IMG/VR virus record: IMGVR_UViG_3300030376_007244
Strand: one strand, 5' to 3'
Source: an uncultured virus (IMG/VR IMGVR_UViG_3300030376_007244)
Taxonomy: Duplodnaviria > Heunggongvirae > Uroviricota > Caudoviricetes
Length of the DNA: 64,000 nt
Each line of letters starts with the position of its first letter. The stretch's first letter is position 1. Positions 10,435-20,238 of the stretch are shown here, piece after piece. Under the pieces are notes generated by a model. It made no database searches. It was given only the letters and a program-made list of their open reading frames with translations, and was not told the DNA's origin. The position numbers and the translations under genes were made by a program.

Positions 10435-12276
10435 TTGAAAATTAACGTTATAACAAGGTGTACTAGGCTTGATAACATATTAGAAGTCGGAGAATCAGTT
10501 AGTTCTGAATTTGCAGAATGGCATGTTATATTTGATACGTCAGTATTACGAGATATACCAACAAAATTAATTGATTCTCTACAGTCTATTCAAAATACAA
10601 AGTTACATTTTATACACGGAAAAGAGGGCGATTTATTATATCCACAATCTATGCAGGTTATTAGAGAAATTAAAGATGGTTGGATAATATACATAGACGA
10701 TGACAATATACAGCATGAAAATTACTATTCGTTAATATCGAAGGCTATCATTGATAAGTCTTGGGCTGGTGGTGAGACAATCAAAAAGATTATTATTGGA
10801 AAGCAGTTTGTAAACTTTAAAGATTTTACGGAATTGGAATATAGAGATGCAGCACCTGAACATACAAAATATCAACACATTGATTTGGCACAAATAACTT
10901 GGCACCATTCAGTTTTTAATGATTACGATTTCATAGGAGATTATGCAGCTGATGGTAAATTAGTAGAACAAATACATAATGAACACCCAGAATGGTTTAA
11001 ATTTATAAACGAAACCATATGTTATTACAATTATTTGGTAAAGCCACACAAGAGTTTTGTACCAAAAATATTGTACGTAGGTCCAGGAAAACCAGATTTG
11101 AAATCTAATCAGTTTGAAGAATGGGAAGAGAGTTCATTAAACACTTTACACGTTGAAAACGATAAAGGAATAGCTAGCGTTATAACTGATTTTAAACCAG
11201 ATTCAATATTAACTGTTTCTGATGATGACATAACTGAAAACCCAGAATTGTGTACAATGTCATTAGAGATTAGAAATAAATGGTTTAATATAAAAAGTTT
11301 GGATAGTGAAATATTAGCTGGAGACATTGCTTATGGTGTAGCAATGAACAATATGATAGAGAATCAGGTTTTGAAAGATTATGTTTCATGGTTCACTCCA
11401 ATATACAACACTGGGAAAAAACTATATCGTACATATGAATCACTAAAAAACCAAACAAATCCAAACTGGGAATGGGTTTTAGTAAACGATTCAAATGATG
11501 GTTCTAAAACCATATCTATAGCCGAAGATATTGCATCATCAGATCCAAGAGTTAAACTGTATGACTTCAATACTAAATGTAATGGTATTGTTGGAGAGGC
11601 AAAGTATAGAGCAGCTGTATTATGCAAAGGCGAACTTTTATCCGAGTTAGATCATGATGATTATTTAACCCCAGACGCAACACAATTATTATACGATGCA
11701 ATGGTTGCATATCCAGACGCTGGATTTTATTATACTGATTGCGTAGAGGTTGATGAAAATTGGAATTCATTGCAGTATGGAGAAGGGTTTGCAATGGGCT
11801 ATGGTACATATAGAGATGAAGAAAGTATGGGTAAACAGTTTAAAGTACAAGTTGCACCAAACTTAAATCCAAAAACAATACGACACATAGTTGGTGTTCC
11901 AAATCATATAAGATCTTGGAGAAGAAATACATACTTTGAAATGGGTGGTCACAACAGAGGTTTATCTATAGCTGATGATTATGAATTACTGGTTCGAACA
12001 TTTTTGTCTACTAGGATGTGTAGAATAGTTAAACTAGCTTATGTACAGTTTATATATGATGATGCTTCAGGAACAAACACTCACAATTCTTCTAGACGAG
12101 ACATACAACGTAGAGTTAGAACAGTAGCTAATCATTATGATGCTGATATTACAAGAAGATTCCAAGAGCTAGGACTTGAAGATTGGGTAGCTGGAACTCC
12201 ACAACAAGTAGTTGCAGACGTAGAATCTAGATTTGGTGAAGAAGAATGCGTAGCAAACTATAATTATATACCATGA
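10435..12276 (+). CDS. Two-domain GT2 glycosyltransferase
   Basis: First GT-A domain (INVITRCTR, YIDDDN, AADG) and second (VSWFTPIYN, WEWVLVNDS, ELDHDD, ADDYEL); TTG at 10435 after GGAGG preferred to 10366. Confidence 0.85.
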   Translation: MKINVITRCTRLDNILEVGESVSSEFAEWHVIFDTSVLRDIPTKLIDSLQSIQNTKLHFIHGKEGDLLYPQSMQVIREIKDGWIIYIDDDNIQHENYYSLISKAIIDKSWAGGETIKKIIIGKQFVNFKDFTELEYRDAAPEHTKYQHIDLAQITWHHSVFNDYDFIGDYAADGKLVEQIHNEHPEWFKFINETICYYNYLVKPHKSFVPKILYVGPGKPDLKSNQFEEWEESSLNTLHVENDKGIASVITDFKPDSILTVSDDDITENPELCTMSLEIRNKWFNIKSLDSEILAGDIAYGVAMNNMIENQVLKDYVSWFTPIYNTGKKLYRTYESLKNQTNPNWEWVLVNDSNDGSKTISIAEDIASSDPRVKLYDFNTKCNGIVGEAKYRAAVLCKGELLSELDHDDYLTPDATQLLYDAMVAYPDAGFYYTDCVEVDENWNSLQYGEGFAMGYGTYRDEESMGKQFKVQVAPNLNPKTIRHIVGVPNHIRSWRRNTYFEMGGHNRGLSIADDYELLVRTFLSTRMCRIVKLAYVQFIYDDASGTNTHNSSRRDIQRRVRTVANHYDADITRRFQELGLEDWVAGTPQQVVADVESRFGEEECVANYNYIP

Positions 12277-13004
12277 TAACAATAGTAATACCAACACTTT
12301 GGAGATCTCCAGAAACTTTACATAGTACGATAGAATCATTCAAGCGGACATTAAAGGACTATCCAAACAATGAACTTATACTGATAGACAATGCCAATTC
12401 TGATTTTAAAGATGACATAGTTAATGTTGTGAAACCTAGAAAAAATATAGGTGTTAACCCAGCATGGAATGTTGGAGCAGATATGGCATATAATGAACAT
12501 GTATTATTTATGAATGATGATATTACTGTAAACTTTAAACCCGTTTTAGAATGCCTATATAGGGATTTAGAAGGTTTAAAATATGGTACAATTACTGGAG
12601 ACAAGGAACGTATAGCTACAGAGGGTTTAAATGTTAACGATGATGGCGATACAATAGAGTTGACTAGGGACCATTCTGGTAGGTTTTTTGGGTTCGGCTG
12701 CTTCTTTATGGTACAAAAAGAATTGTATCACCATATACCAAAACGTTTTAAATATTTTTGGGGGGATGATTGGTTGTTCTATATTTTGGAACACTTACGC
12801 CAAAGAAAGTCTTATTTTTTTAAAAACTTAAATTTACCCGGTAAAATGTCAGTAACATCCAATGACATAGACCACGAGAATAATCATGAGGAAAACGACT
12901 GGTGGACACCCACTACTCAAGCTGCTCATGATTATTATAAAAGACTAAACAGTGCCTTGTTCAGAGGTGATTTTATAGACGATAAGAACGGACATCAGCA
13001 TTAA
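12273..13004 (+). CDS. GT2 glycosyltransferase
   Basis: ITIVIPT, LILIDN, NIGVNPAWN, LFMNDDI, YFWGDDW. Confidence 0.85.
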   Translation: MITIVIPTLWRSPETLHSTIESFKRTLKDYPNNELILIDNANSDFKDDIVNVVKPRKNIGVNPAWNVGADMAYNEHVLFMNDDITVNFKPVLECLYRDLEGLKYGTITGDKERIATEGLNVNDDGDTIELTRDHSGRFFGFGCFFMVQKELYHHIPKRFKYFWGDDWLFYILEHLRQRKSYFFKNLNLPGKMSVTSNDIDHENNHEENDWWTPTTQAAHDYYKRLNSALFRGDFIDDKNGHQH

Positions 13005-13010
13005 ATTAGC

Positions 13011-13036
13011 TTTTGGAAATTAACAACAATATATAT
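13011..13036 (+). promoter_or_regulatory. Putative middle-class promoter TTTT-N14-ATATATAT
   Basis: TTTTGG at 13011, ATATATAT at 13029. Confidence 0.6.
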
Positions 13037-13059
13037 AATAAATAGTTATGGAGAATAAA

Positions 13060-13374
13060 ATGTCAGAGACAAAATTTACAGAAGAAGAACTAACGTCACT
13101 TAGAGAAGTTCAAAGCAAATATCAAGCTATACAAATGAAGTTTGGTGCGTTAACTATGCAAAAGTTAGCACACGATAAGCAAGCTGAAGCATTAGCCGAT
13201 AGTGAAGATTCTCTTATGGGTGAACTGGAAAATTTGCAAAACTCAGAAAAGGAAATAGCCAAATCATTGAATGACAAGTATGGAGCTGGCTCATTAGATC
13301 CTCAAACAGGAGTTTTCACGCCTACACCAGATGCACCTACACCAGATGAAGTTCCTTCTAACGAAGATAAATAA
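13060..13374 (+). CDS. Small coiled-coil protein, possible fibre/tail chaperone
   Basis: Helical heptad pattern ending KYGAGSLDPQTGVF; GGAG at 13050 favours ATG 13060 over 13048. Confidence 0.7.
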   Translation: MSETKFTEEELTSLREVQSKYQAIQMKFGALTMQKLAHDKQAEALADSEDSLMGELENLQNSEKEIAKSLNDKYGAGSLDPQTGVFTPTPDAPTPDEVPSNEDK

Positions 13375-13391
13375 TATATAACCAAACTGAG

Positions 13392-13417
13392 TTTTCGGTT
13401 ATTTCTATGGTATTTAT
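13392..13417 (+). promoter_or_regulatory. Putative late promoter GTATTTAT, with TTTTCG 18 nt upstream
   Basis: Intergenic upstream of sheath. Confidence 0.5.
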
Positions 13418-13466
13418 CATTGAAATAGTTCGTTTACGTAAACAATAACTTAACTGGAGAAATTAA

Positions 13467-15851
13467 ATGGCTGAGAGAATTGTATCTCCGGGTGTATTTA
13501 CCCGCGAGAAGGATCTCTCCTTTCTTCCTCAAGGTGTTGCAGAAATTGGAGCAGCAATAATTGGACCAACAATAAAGGGTCCAGCTTTTGTTCCAACATC
13601 TGTTAGCAATTTCCAAGAGTTTGAAGAAATGTTTGGAGGTCTTAGTCAAGACTTTTATGTTCCATTCACTGTGAGAGAATATCTTAGAAGTGCTGGAACA
13701 GTCACAATAGTTCGTGTTCTTGGGTTAGGTGGATATAACGAAAAAGTAGTTGGCCTAAGTGTAATGCCACAGGTTAGTGCATCAGGAGCTTCTAATTATA
13801 AAAGAATGCTTTTAGCTGTATTAGCACCAAGTGCAACAAATGCAACCCCACCTTTAGGGTTTTCAGGCTTAACTACACCAGGTACATGGGAAAATTTTGT
13901 AATTAGTTCAGGAAGTTTCCAAGTTAGTGCCTCGTTTGATTCATCAAATTCAAAGTTCATAGAAAACGTCTTTAGTTCGAATCCACAATCGACTAAAGCA
14001 GGTGGTGTAGACTCGCCATTCTATCTATATAAATCTTTTAAATCAGCTATGGTACAGGTTGGACATAACTCAGGTAGTGCTGTTAGTTCTTCCCTTTTCA
14101 ATATAGATTTACAAAAAGATTATGAGAATGCATGTACACCATATATCACTTCACAAAAGATCGATGGAGCTACCAACAATCTATTTAAGATTAAGCTTAG
14201 ATCTCATGGTGAAACTGATACACATGGAAAATATAAGATTGGTATCTTAAATGTCAAGCAGGCATCAGATGTTCCAGGTTCTGATTTTGGAACCTTTTCT
14301 GTGCAGGTTAGAGAAATAGACAGACAATCTTTTAAACAATCAGACGATGTTATAGTTGAACAGTTTGATAATTGTAACTTAGATCCAACTTCTGCAAATT
14401 ATGTTGCTAGAAAGATTGGTGATAGGTACGTTACTATAGATGCGCAAGGAAAGTTGACATATAATGGTGACTGGCCAAACAGATCTAAGTACATATATCT
14501 TTCAGACTATGACACTGTTAAAAGTGGTCTTCCAGGAACTCAAGTACCTTTTGGTTTTGGTAAAGTGATATCGCCTATCAATAGCGGTAGTGCAAATGTC
14601 ACAGTAGCAAGTGCTTCATTTGTTAAAACCCAAACCAATAGTACAACTAGTGAATTCGATACAAGCGTATTTTATGGCTTTAACTTCGAAGACACAACAA
14701 ACAGAGAGTACTTGGCTCCATTACCAGCTAACGCAACAGCAGATTTAAACGCTACATTTAGTTTAAATGACCAGACTGGACACGCTGATGCTTCTGCTGC
14801 TGATTTTGGTGGATCATCAACGTTTGCTACTAGTGCATCTTCACTCGCATTGGGAACATCTAATGTTGCCCAGCATAAGTTCATGGTACCTTTTCAAGGT
14901 GGTTTTGACGGTGCTAATCCAGCGATTAAGAAAAATACTGGTACAGACATCTCTGCAACAAACCAACAAGGATTTGATTGTTCTACATCAAGTGCTAGTG
15001 GTTCAATTGCATACAAACGTGCTATAAACTCAGTTAGTAATCAAGATGAATTTGATATTAACATGCTATCAACACCAGGTTTGATCTATAATCTTCACCC
15101 AAATCCTATCAATAGAGGTATATCTATGGTAGAGGCTAGAGGTGATGCATTTTATGTATATGATCCAACAACTTGGAGTGAAGGCATATCTGCTGCTACT
15201 GACGCAGTTTCATCTAAAGATACTAACTACGCAGCTGTTTACTATCCATGGGTCAAGATACTCGATGATAGTGTAAACTTACCAACATGGGTACCACCTT
15301 CAGTGGTAATTCCAGGAGTTTACTCTAGAAACGATGCAGTAGCTCATGAGTGGTTTGCACCAGCAGGTTTGAATAGAGGTGGATTACGAAACGTTTTAGA
15401 AGCAAAAACTAGATTAACACACGCAGAGCGTGACCTTCTTTATGAAGATAGAGTTAATCCGATCGCTTCATTTCCAGGTCAGGGCGTTGTAGTTTTCGGT
15501 CAGAAAACATTACAAGCAAAGCCATCGGCATTGGATAGAATTAACGTTCGTAGATTGTTAATTAGATTGAAGAAGTTCATTGCTAGTAGTTCACGTTACT
15601 TAGTATTCGAAAACAATACTGTAGCTACTAGAAATCGTTTCTTAAACATTGTTAATCCGTATCTTGATTCAGTTCAAGCTGCACAGGGTCTAACAGCGTT
15701 TAGAGTTGTAATGGACGATTCTAATAACACGCCAGATGTTATCGATAGAAATCAACTAGTTGGACAAATATTCTTACAGCCTGCAAGAGCTGTTGAATTT
15801 ATTGTTCTTGATTTTGTCGTACAACCGACTGGAGCATCGTTTCCAAGCTAA
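13467..15851 (+). CDS. Contractile tail sheath protein
   Basis: SPGVFTREKDLS start; YYPWVKI, WFAPAGLNRG, GQKTLQ...DRINVRRL, FENNT..TRNRF, LQPARAVEFIVLDF. Confidence 0.97.
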   Translation: MAERIVSPGVFTREKDLSFLPQGVAEIGAAIIGPTIKGPAFVPTSVSNFQEFEEMFGGLSQDFYVPFTVREYLRSAGTVTIVRVLGLGGYNEKVVGLSVMPQVSASGASNYKRMLLAVLAPSATNATPPLGFSGLTTPGTWENFVISSGSFQVSASFDSSNSKFIENVFSSNPQSTKAGGVDSPFYLYKSFKSAMVQVGHNSGSAVSSSLFNIDLQKDYENACTPYITSQKIDGATNNLFKIKLRSHGETDTHGKYKIGILNVKQASDVPGSDFGTFSVQVREIDRQSFKQSDDVIVEQFDNCNLDPTSANYVARKIGDRYVTIDAQGKLTYNGDWPNRSKYIYLSDYDTVKSGLPGTQVPFGFGKVISPINSGSANVTVASASFVKTQTNSTTSEFDTSVFYGFNFEDTTNREYLAPLPANATADLNATFSLNDQTGHADASAADFGGSSTFATSASSLALGTSNVAQHKFMVPFQGGFDGANPAIKKNTGTDISATNQQGFDCSTSSASGSIAYKRAINSVSNQDEFDINMLSTPGLIYNLHPNPINRGISMVEARGDAFYVYDPTTWSEGISAATDAVSSKDTNYAAVYYPWVKILDDSVNLPTWVPPSVVIPGVYSRNDAVAHEWFAPAGLNRGGLRNVLEAKTRLTHAERDLLYEDRVNPIASFPGQGVVVFGQKTLQAKPSALDRINVRRLLIRLKKFIASSSRYLVFENNTVATRNRFLNIVNPYLDSVQAAQGLTAFRVVMDDSNNTPDVIDRNQLVGQIFLQPARAVEFIVLDFVVQPTGASFPS

Positions 15852-15872
15852 AGGATAACGAAAAATAAGATT

Positions 15873-15903
15873 AAGGCTCAGAGTTTCTGGGCCTTTTTCT
15901 TTT
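15873..15903 (+). terminator. Rho-independent terminator
   Basis: AGGCTCAGA-GTT-TCTGGGCCT hairpin followed by T tract. Confidence 0.8.
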
Positions 15904-15923
15904 GTGGTTTTTTCATTTCGACG

Positions 15924-15932
15924 ATATTTATA
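15924..15932 (+). promoter_or_regulatory. Putative late promoter ATATTTATA
   Basis: Upstream of tail tube gene, just after the terminator. Confidence 0.55.
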
Positions 15933-15970
15933 AACAAATATAGCAAAGCTTTTTTATTAGGAGAAATAGA

Positions 15971-16459
15971 ATGCCACAGTTGATTGATCCAAATGACGTA
16001 ATGTTTACGCAGTTTGAACCCAAGGTTCAGAACAGATTCATTATGTACATAGAAGGGATTCCTGCATACACAATCAAAGCTGCTGCAAGACCTGAAATTC
16101 AGTTTGAAACGGTAACATTAGACCATATAAACGTCAAACGTTATGTCAAAGGAAAAGGTGAGTGGCAGACATTAACAATAACATTATACGATCCAGTTGT
16201 ACCCTCAGCTGCACAAGCAGTTATGGAATGGGTAAGACTATCACATGAGTCAGTAACTGGTAGAAATGGATATTCAGATTTTTATAAGAAAAACGTCACA
16301 TTTAACGTTTTAGGTCCTGTTGGAGACATAGTTGAAGAATGGCAATTAGTGGGTAGTTACATCGAAGGTGCAAACTTCGGTACCCTAGATTGGTCTACAA
16401 CTGATCCAGTAGAAATAGAATTAACACTTAGATACGATTACGCTATACTACAGTTCTAA
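15971..16459 (+). CDS. Tail tube protein (T4 gp19-like)
   Basis: FEPKVQNRF, KGKGEWQTLTITLYDP, EEWQLVG, LTLRYDYA; follows sheath. Confidence 0.92.
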   Translation: MPQLIDPNDVMFTQFEPKVQNRFIMYIEGIPAYTIKAAARPEIQFETVTLDHINVKRYVKGKGEWQTLTITLYDPVVPSAAQAVMEWVRLSHESVTGRNGYSDFYKKNVTFNVLGPVGDIVEEWQLVGSYIEGANFGTLDWSTTDPVEIELTLRYDYAILQF

Positions 16460-16569
16460 ATTTGCTTTAAATTAGCATTTCAAGTTGTGGCATTCTAGTT
16501 TGCTAATTTACTTCGCAAAACGTTTTGTGATACATATATATAATAAATGCTATACGTAAAGGAGTTATA

Positions 16570-17370
16570 ATGTCAGACGAAAAAGCAAAGATACCAGGGC
16601 AAACTGGTGCGCCTGAAAAACCGAAGTTTCCTACTGAAGTAGTAGATCTTCCAAGTAAAGGATTGTTGTATCCTGAGGGACATGCACTTAGTAATGGTAC
16701 GGTAGAGTTAAAATACATGACAGCTAGGGAAGAAGACATACTTTCTTCTGCAAATCTTATACGAAAAGGTTTGGTAATTGATGAGCTGCTAAAATCATTA
16801 GTAGTTTCTGACGTTAATTTTGATGATATTCTTGTTGGAGATAAGAACGCAATCATGGTTAATGCTAGAATATTTGGATATGGTAAGCAGTATAAATCTG
16901 ATGTTACATGTCCAAAGTGTGGTAAAGTAGAAAAAGACTGTGACTTTGATTTGACAAGTATTGGATACAAAGAGATCGATGAAAAATTATGCAATCGTAA
17001 GAACGAGTTCGAATATGAGTTACCAAATTCAAAGCGTAAGATAGTTTTTAAGATGTTGACACAAGCTGATGAAGTAGCAATAACAAAAGATATTGAAGCT
17101 GTAGCTAAACATGTTAACAACGTAACACCAGAGGTAACAACTAGACTTCGTTATCAGATAAAATCCGTAGACGGTAATGAAGACAAAACATTCATAAACA
17201 ACTTTATACAGAATGAATTTTTTGCTGTAGATTCTAGAGCTTTTAGGGAGTATTACGCAAAGGTGCAACCAGATGTAGAGTTAGAATTTTTGTTTGGATG
17301 TGGATCTTGTGGAGAGCAGTCTATAGCTGATGTGCCTATAACGGTAAATTTCTTCTGGCCTTCCCAGTAG
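16570..17370 (+). CDS. Tail/baseplate-hub assembly chaperone (T4 gp26-like), Zn-ribbon motifs
   Basis: TEVVDLPSKG, MTAREEDIL, CPKC and CGSC, ends FFWP; lies between tube and tape measure. Confidence 0.85.
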   Translation: MSDEKAKIPGQTGAPEKPKFPTEVVDLPSKGLLYPEGHALSNGTVELKYMTAREEDILSSANLIRKGLVIDELLKSLVVSDVNFDDILVGDKNAIMVNARIFGYGKQYKSDVTCPKCGKVEKDCDFDLTSIGYKEIDEKLCNRKNEFEYELPNSKRKIVFKMLTQADEVAITKDIEAVAKHVNNVTPEVTTRLRYQIKSVDGNEDKTFINNFIQNEFFAVDSRAFREYYAKVQPDVELEFLFGCGSCGEQSIADVPITVNFFWPSQ

Positions 17371-17558
17371 ATCCCGAACTTCGTCCCCAAGTTCATAAGT
17401 CAATATTCGATATGGCTTACTACAGCGAAGGCGCATTCTCATTTGGGGATCTTTATGAAATGCCAATACAACTTAGACGTTTCTATATGGATAAGTTAGT
17501 TGAGGCTAAAAATGAAGAGAAGAACCGAATGGATAAGGCTACTAAGAAACGGTCTTAA
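17346..17558 (+). CDS. -1 frame extension of the tail chaperone (or a 48-aa ORF from ATG 17412); absent from ORF track
   Basis: Slippery A-AAT-TTC at 17346-17352; -1 frame reads ...PVDPELRPQVHKSIFDMAYYSEGAFSFGDLYEMPIQLRRFYMDKLVEAKNEEKNRMDKATKKRS* to TAA 17556-17558. Confidence 0.7.
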   Translation, partial: KFLLAFPVDPELRPQVHKSIFDMAYYSEGAFSFGDLYEMPIQLRRFYMDKLVEAKNEEKNRMDKATKKRS

Positions 17559-17573
17559 TAACCTACATACTCC

Positions 17574-17582
17574 ATATTTATA
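17574..17582 (+). promoter_or_regulatory. Putative late promoter ATATTTATA
   Basis: Upstream of the 17620/tape-measure unit. Confidence 0.55.
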
Positions 17583-17619
17583 AATGTAATATTACGTTTC
17601 AATTATACAGGAGCTTATC

Positions 17620-17865
17620 ATGTCTAAGAAAAAACTAGACGAAGGATTCTTAACAAACTTAGCAAAAAATGTTGCAGTATATCTTGCTGTTAATGCAGTG
17701 AGGAATAAGAAACCAAAATCAGCAATCCAAGATCCCGGTTTACAAGCTATGTACAAAGACTTAGACAAGTATATGGACAGGATTGAAAAAGAAGCTCAAA
17801 AACGGATTGCAAAGAAAAGTCCAGAGGAACAAAAAGAATTAGCTAGAATAATGAAGATGTTGTAG
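17620..17865 (+). CDS. Hypothetical protein
   Basis: AGGAG SD, 81 aa, N-terminal KKKLDEG. Confidence 0.7.
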   Translation: MSKKKLDEGFLTNLAKNVAVYLAVNAVRNKKPKSAIQDPGLQAMYKDLDKYMDRIEKEAQKRIAKKSPEEQKELARIMKML

Positions 17866-17874
17866 GGGTAAACC

Positions 17875-20238
17875 ATGCCTGCAGGACCAACAAGAAAACA
17901 ATTAGAAGAAGAACTAAAAGCAGCAGAAAGAACGTCCGATCAATTAAACGTTTTATTGAACTTGGCGAAGCGTGGCTCAGCAAGGTTCACAGAATTATCG
18001 AAAAGGATATTTGAAGTTAACTCCAATATCAGGGAGATGACTAAGGGTATTGAGGTTTTTGATAAAAAAACAGAAGCTATTGACAAATTTACGGCTGATC
18101 TAAAAAAGGCAAATAAAGAGCTAGAAGACTTAGGCGACACCACTGATAGTTTTGGTATAGACTTGGCAAAATCCCTGGACAAGGGTAAAGAGGGTTGGAC
18201 AGAAATAAGTAAAGCTGCTGGGAAATACGCCGCCCAAGGAAAGGACCTTCAAAAGGGTATTTTAGATGAATTAAAAGACGTTGACGTCCAATTGAAAGGT
18301 AATGCAAAGAGTCTTGCATTAGGTCTGAAAGTAGACGCAACCTCTATTGACTTATTACGAGATCAGCTTTTAACAAAACAACAAATAGCTCAACTATCAG
18401 AAGAAGACCGAGAAGCAGTTATATCACAAAATAATGCAAACCGAAAGCTGCTGAACACATTAGAGTCCCACGCTAGAATTCAAGAAAAGATAAACGACGC
18501 AACAGCAGATATGATACCAATAGTGCAACAGATTACGGATGCGTTTACTTCTGGAGCTGGCTTTATGATAGCAGCTATTAGTGCCATAGAAACAATATTG
18601 TTATCTGGAGTTCAAAGAACCAAGGAATTAAATACACAGTTAGGAATTGGTGTTGGAGAATCTGGAAAGATAGCAGCAAATTTAGCACTTGAAAATAAAG
18701 TTGCATTTGCATCAGGTTTTGGTGAAGAAATAGTTGCGGCTGCTTCTGCTGCAGCTGATGTTTCTGGAAACTTAGATCTTGCTAGGAATTCAGCTATTGC
18801 TGTAAGCGATGCAGCTATAGCGTTTCAAACTGGCTTAGATGCTTCAACCGTTGCAGGACTTGCAGAAACTTTAACTATAACAACCAATCTTACTCGAGAA
18901 CAAGCTTCTGCTACTTTAAGTTCGGTTGCAAACTTAGCGCAACAAAATAAGGTTGCACCTAAAAAGGTCATGGAAGATTTAGCAAATTCTTCAGCTGATA
19001 TGGCAAAGTTTACAGATGGTAGCGCTGAAAGTTTGGCAAAAGCTGCTGTACAAGCTGCAAGGTTGGGTATAACATTAAGTAAGTCTGCACAAATATTAGA
19101 TAAAATGTTAAGCTTCGAAGAAAGTATTACTTCACAGTTTGAAGCCGAAGTATTATTGGGAAGAGAATTAAATTTTGACAGAGCTAGACAGTTAGCATTA
19201 AATAACGATATAGCTGGAGCTGTACAAGAAGTAGTTGGGCAGTTAGGATCTGAAGCAGAGTTCAACGAATTAAATGCAATACAGAGACAAGCATTAGCAG
19301 ATTCTATCGGTGTTGGTGTAGAAGATTTAGCAAGTATGGTGGCAAAGGGTGGAAAAGCAGTTTTAGAAGAAGACAATTTAGGTGAACAACAATTAAAGGG
19401 AACAATGGATCTCATAAAACAGGGTTCTGTAATGGGTGGAAAAATAGATACGCTAATTAAAATCGTATCGGCTGGATTTGTAGCTTTAGTTGCTGGTCAG
19501 TGGTTAACTGCCGGTTTAGGTAAATTGAAAGGACTGTTTGGAAAGGGTGGAGTACCAGGATCAGGAATCAAACCACCTGTACCAAAAACTGGTCCTGTTA
19601 AAACTGGAAACTTAGGCAAACTTAATCAGTCTAAAATTAAACCAATGGGAAATGTCACAGACGATGTAGCTAAAAACATGAAGAAGAGTATGGATGCTGG
19701 TAGAATTGCAATCAAAGAAGGTACTGAGGCAACGATCAAACAGACAACTAAAACAGTTGGTAAAGCAACGGGTAAATCGTTACTAAAGAAAATACCAATA
19801 TTGGGAGCTGTAGCTGGTTTAGGATTTGCTACTAGCAGACTTTTAAAAGGTGACTTTTTAGGAGCAGCTTTAGAAGTTGCAAGCGGTGGAGCTAGTATAT
19901 TACCAGGAGCAGGAACTGGAGCTTCATTAGGTATAGATGCCTTACTAATGGCACGAGATATAAAGGGAGCATTTGCAGATGGTGGAACAGTTTCATCAGC
20001 GGGTACATATTTAGTAGGAGAGAGAGGACCAGAATTAGCCCATCTTCCACGTGGTTCTTCAGTTGTACCAAACGAAAATATTAAGGGGGCACTTGCAGAA
20101 GGTCAATTTGGTCAAGTAGATATGAAACCAGTGGTTGCAGCTCTAAATGCCATGACCGCTGAATTACGAGAAATAAAACGTAGTAGTGGAGCTACTGCTA
20201 CAAATACAGGTAACTTTTCAATAGGATCATCAAACTAA
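17875..20238 (+). CDS. Tape measure protein
   Basis: Ala/Leu-rich helical; FEESITSQFEAEVLLGRELNFDRARQLAL and FADGG...LVGERGPEL..LPRGSSVVPN motifs; position. Confidence 0.85.
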   Translation: MPAGPTRKQLEEELKAAERTSDQLNVLLNLAKRGSARFTELSKRIFEVNSNIREMTKGIEVFDKKTEAIDKFTADLKKANKELEDLGDTTDSFGIDLAKSLDKGKEGWTEISKAAGKYAAQGKDLQKGILDELKDVDVQLKGNAKSLALGLKVDATSIDLLRDQLLTKQQIAQLSEEDREAVISQNNANRKLLNTLESHARIQEKINDATADMIPIVQQITDAFTSGAGFMIAAISAIETILLSGVQRTKELNTQLGIGVGESGKIAANLALENKVAFASGFGEEIVAAASAAADVSGNLDLARNSAIAVSDAAIAFQTGLDASTVAGLAETLTITTNLTREQASATLSSVANLAQQNKVAPKKVMEDLANSSADMAKFTDGSAESLAKAAVQAARLGITLSKSAQILDKMLSFEESITSQFEAEVLLGRELNFDRARQLALNNDIAGAVQEVVGQLGSEAEFNELNAIQRQALADSIGVGVEDLASMVAKGGKAVLEEDNLGEQQLKGTMDLIKQGSVMGGKIDTLIKIVSAGFVALVAGQWLTAGLGKLKGLFGKGGVPGSGIKPPVPKTGPVKTGNLGKLNQSKIKPMGNVTDDVAKNMKKSMDAGRIAIKEGTEATIKQTTKTVGKATGKSLLKKIPILGAVAGLGFATSRLLKGDFLGAALEVASGGASILPGAGTGASLGIDALLMARDIKGAFADGGTVSSAGTYLVGERGPELAHLPRGSSVVPNENIKGALAEGQFGQVDMKPVVAALNAMTAELREIKRSSGATATNTGNFSIGSSN

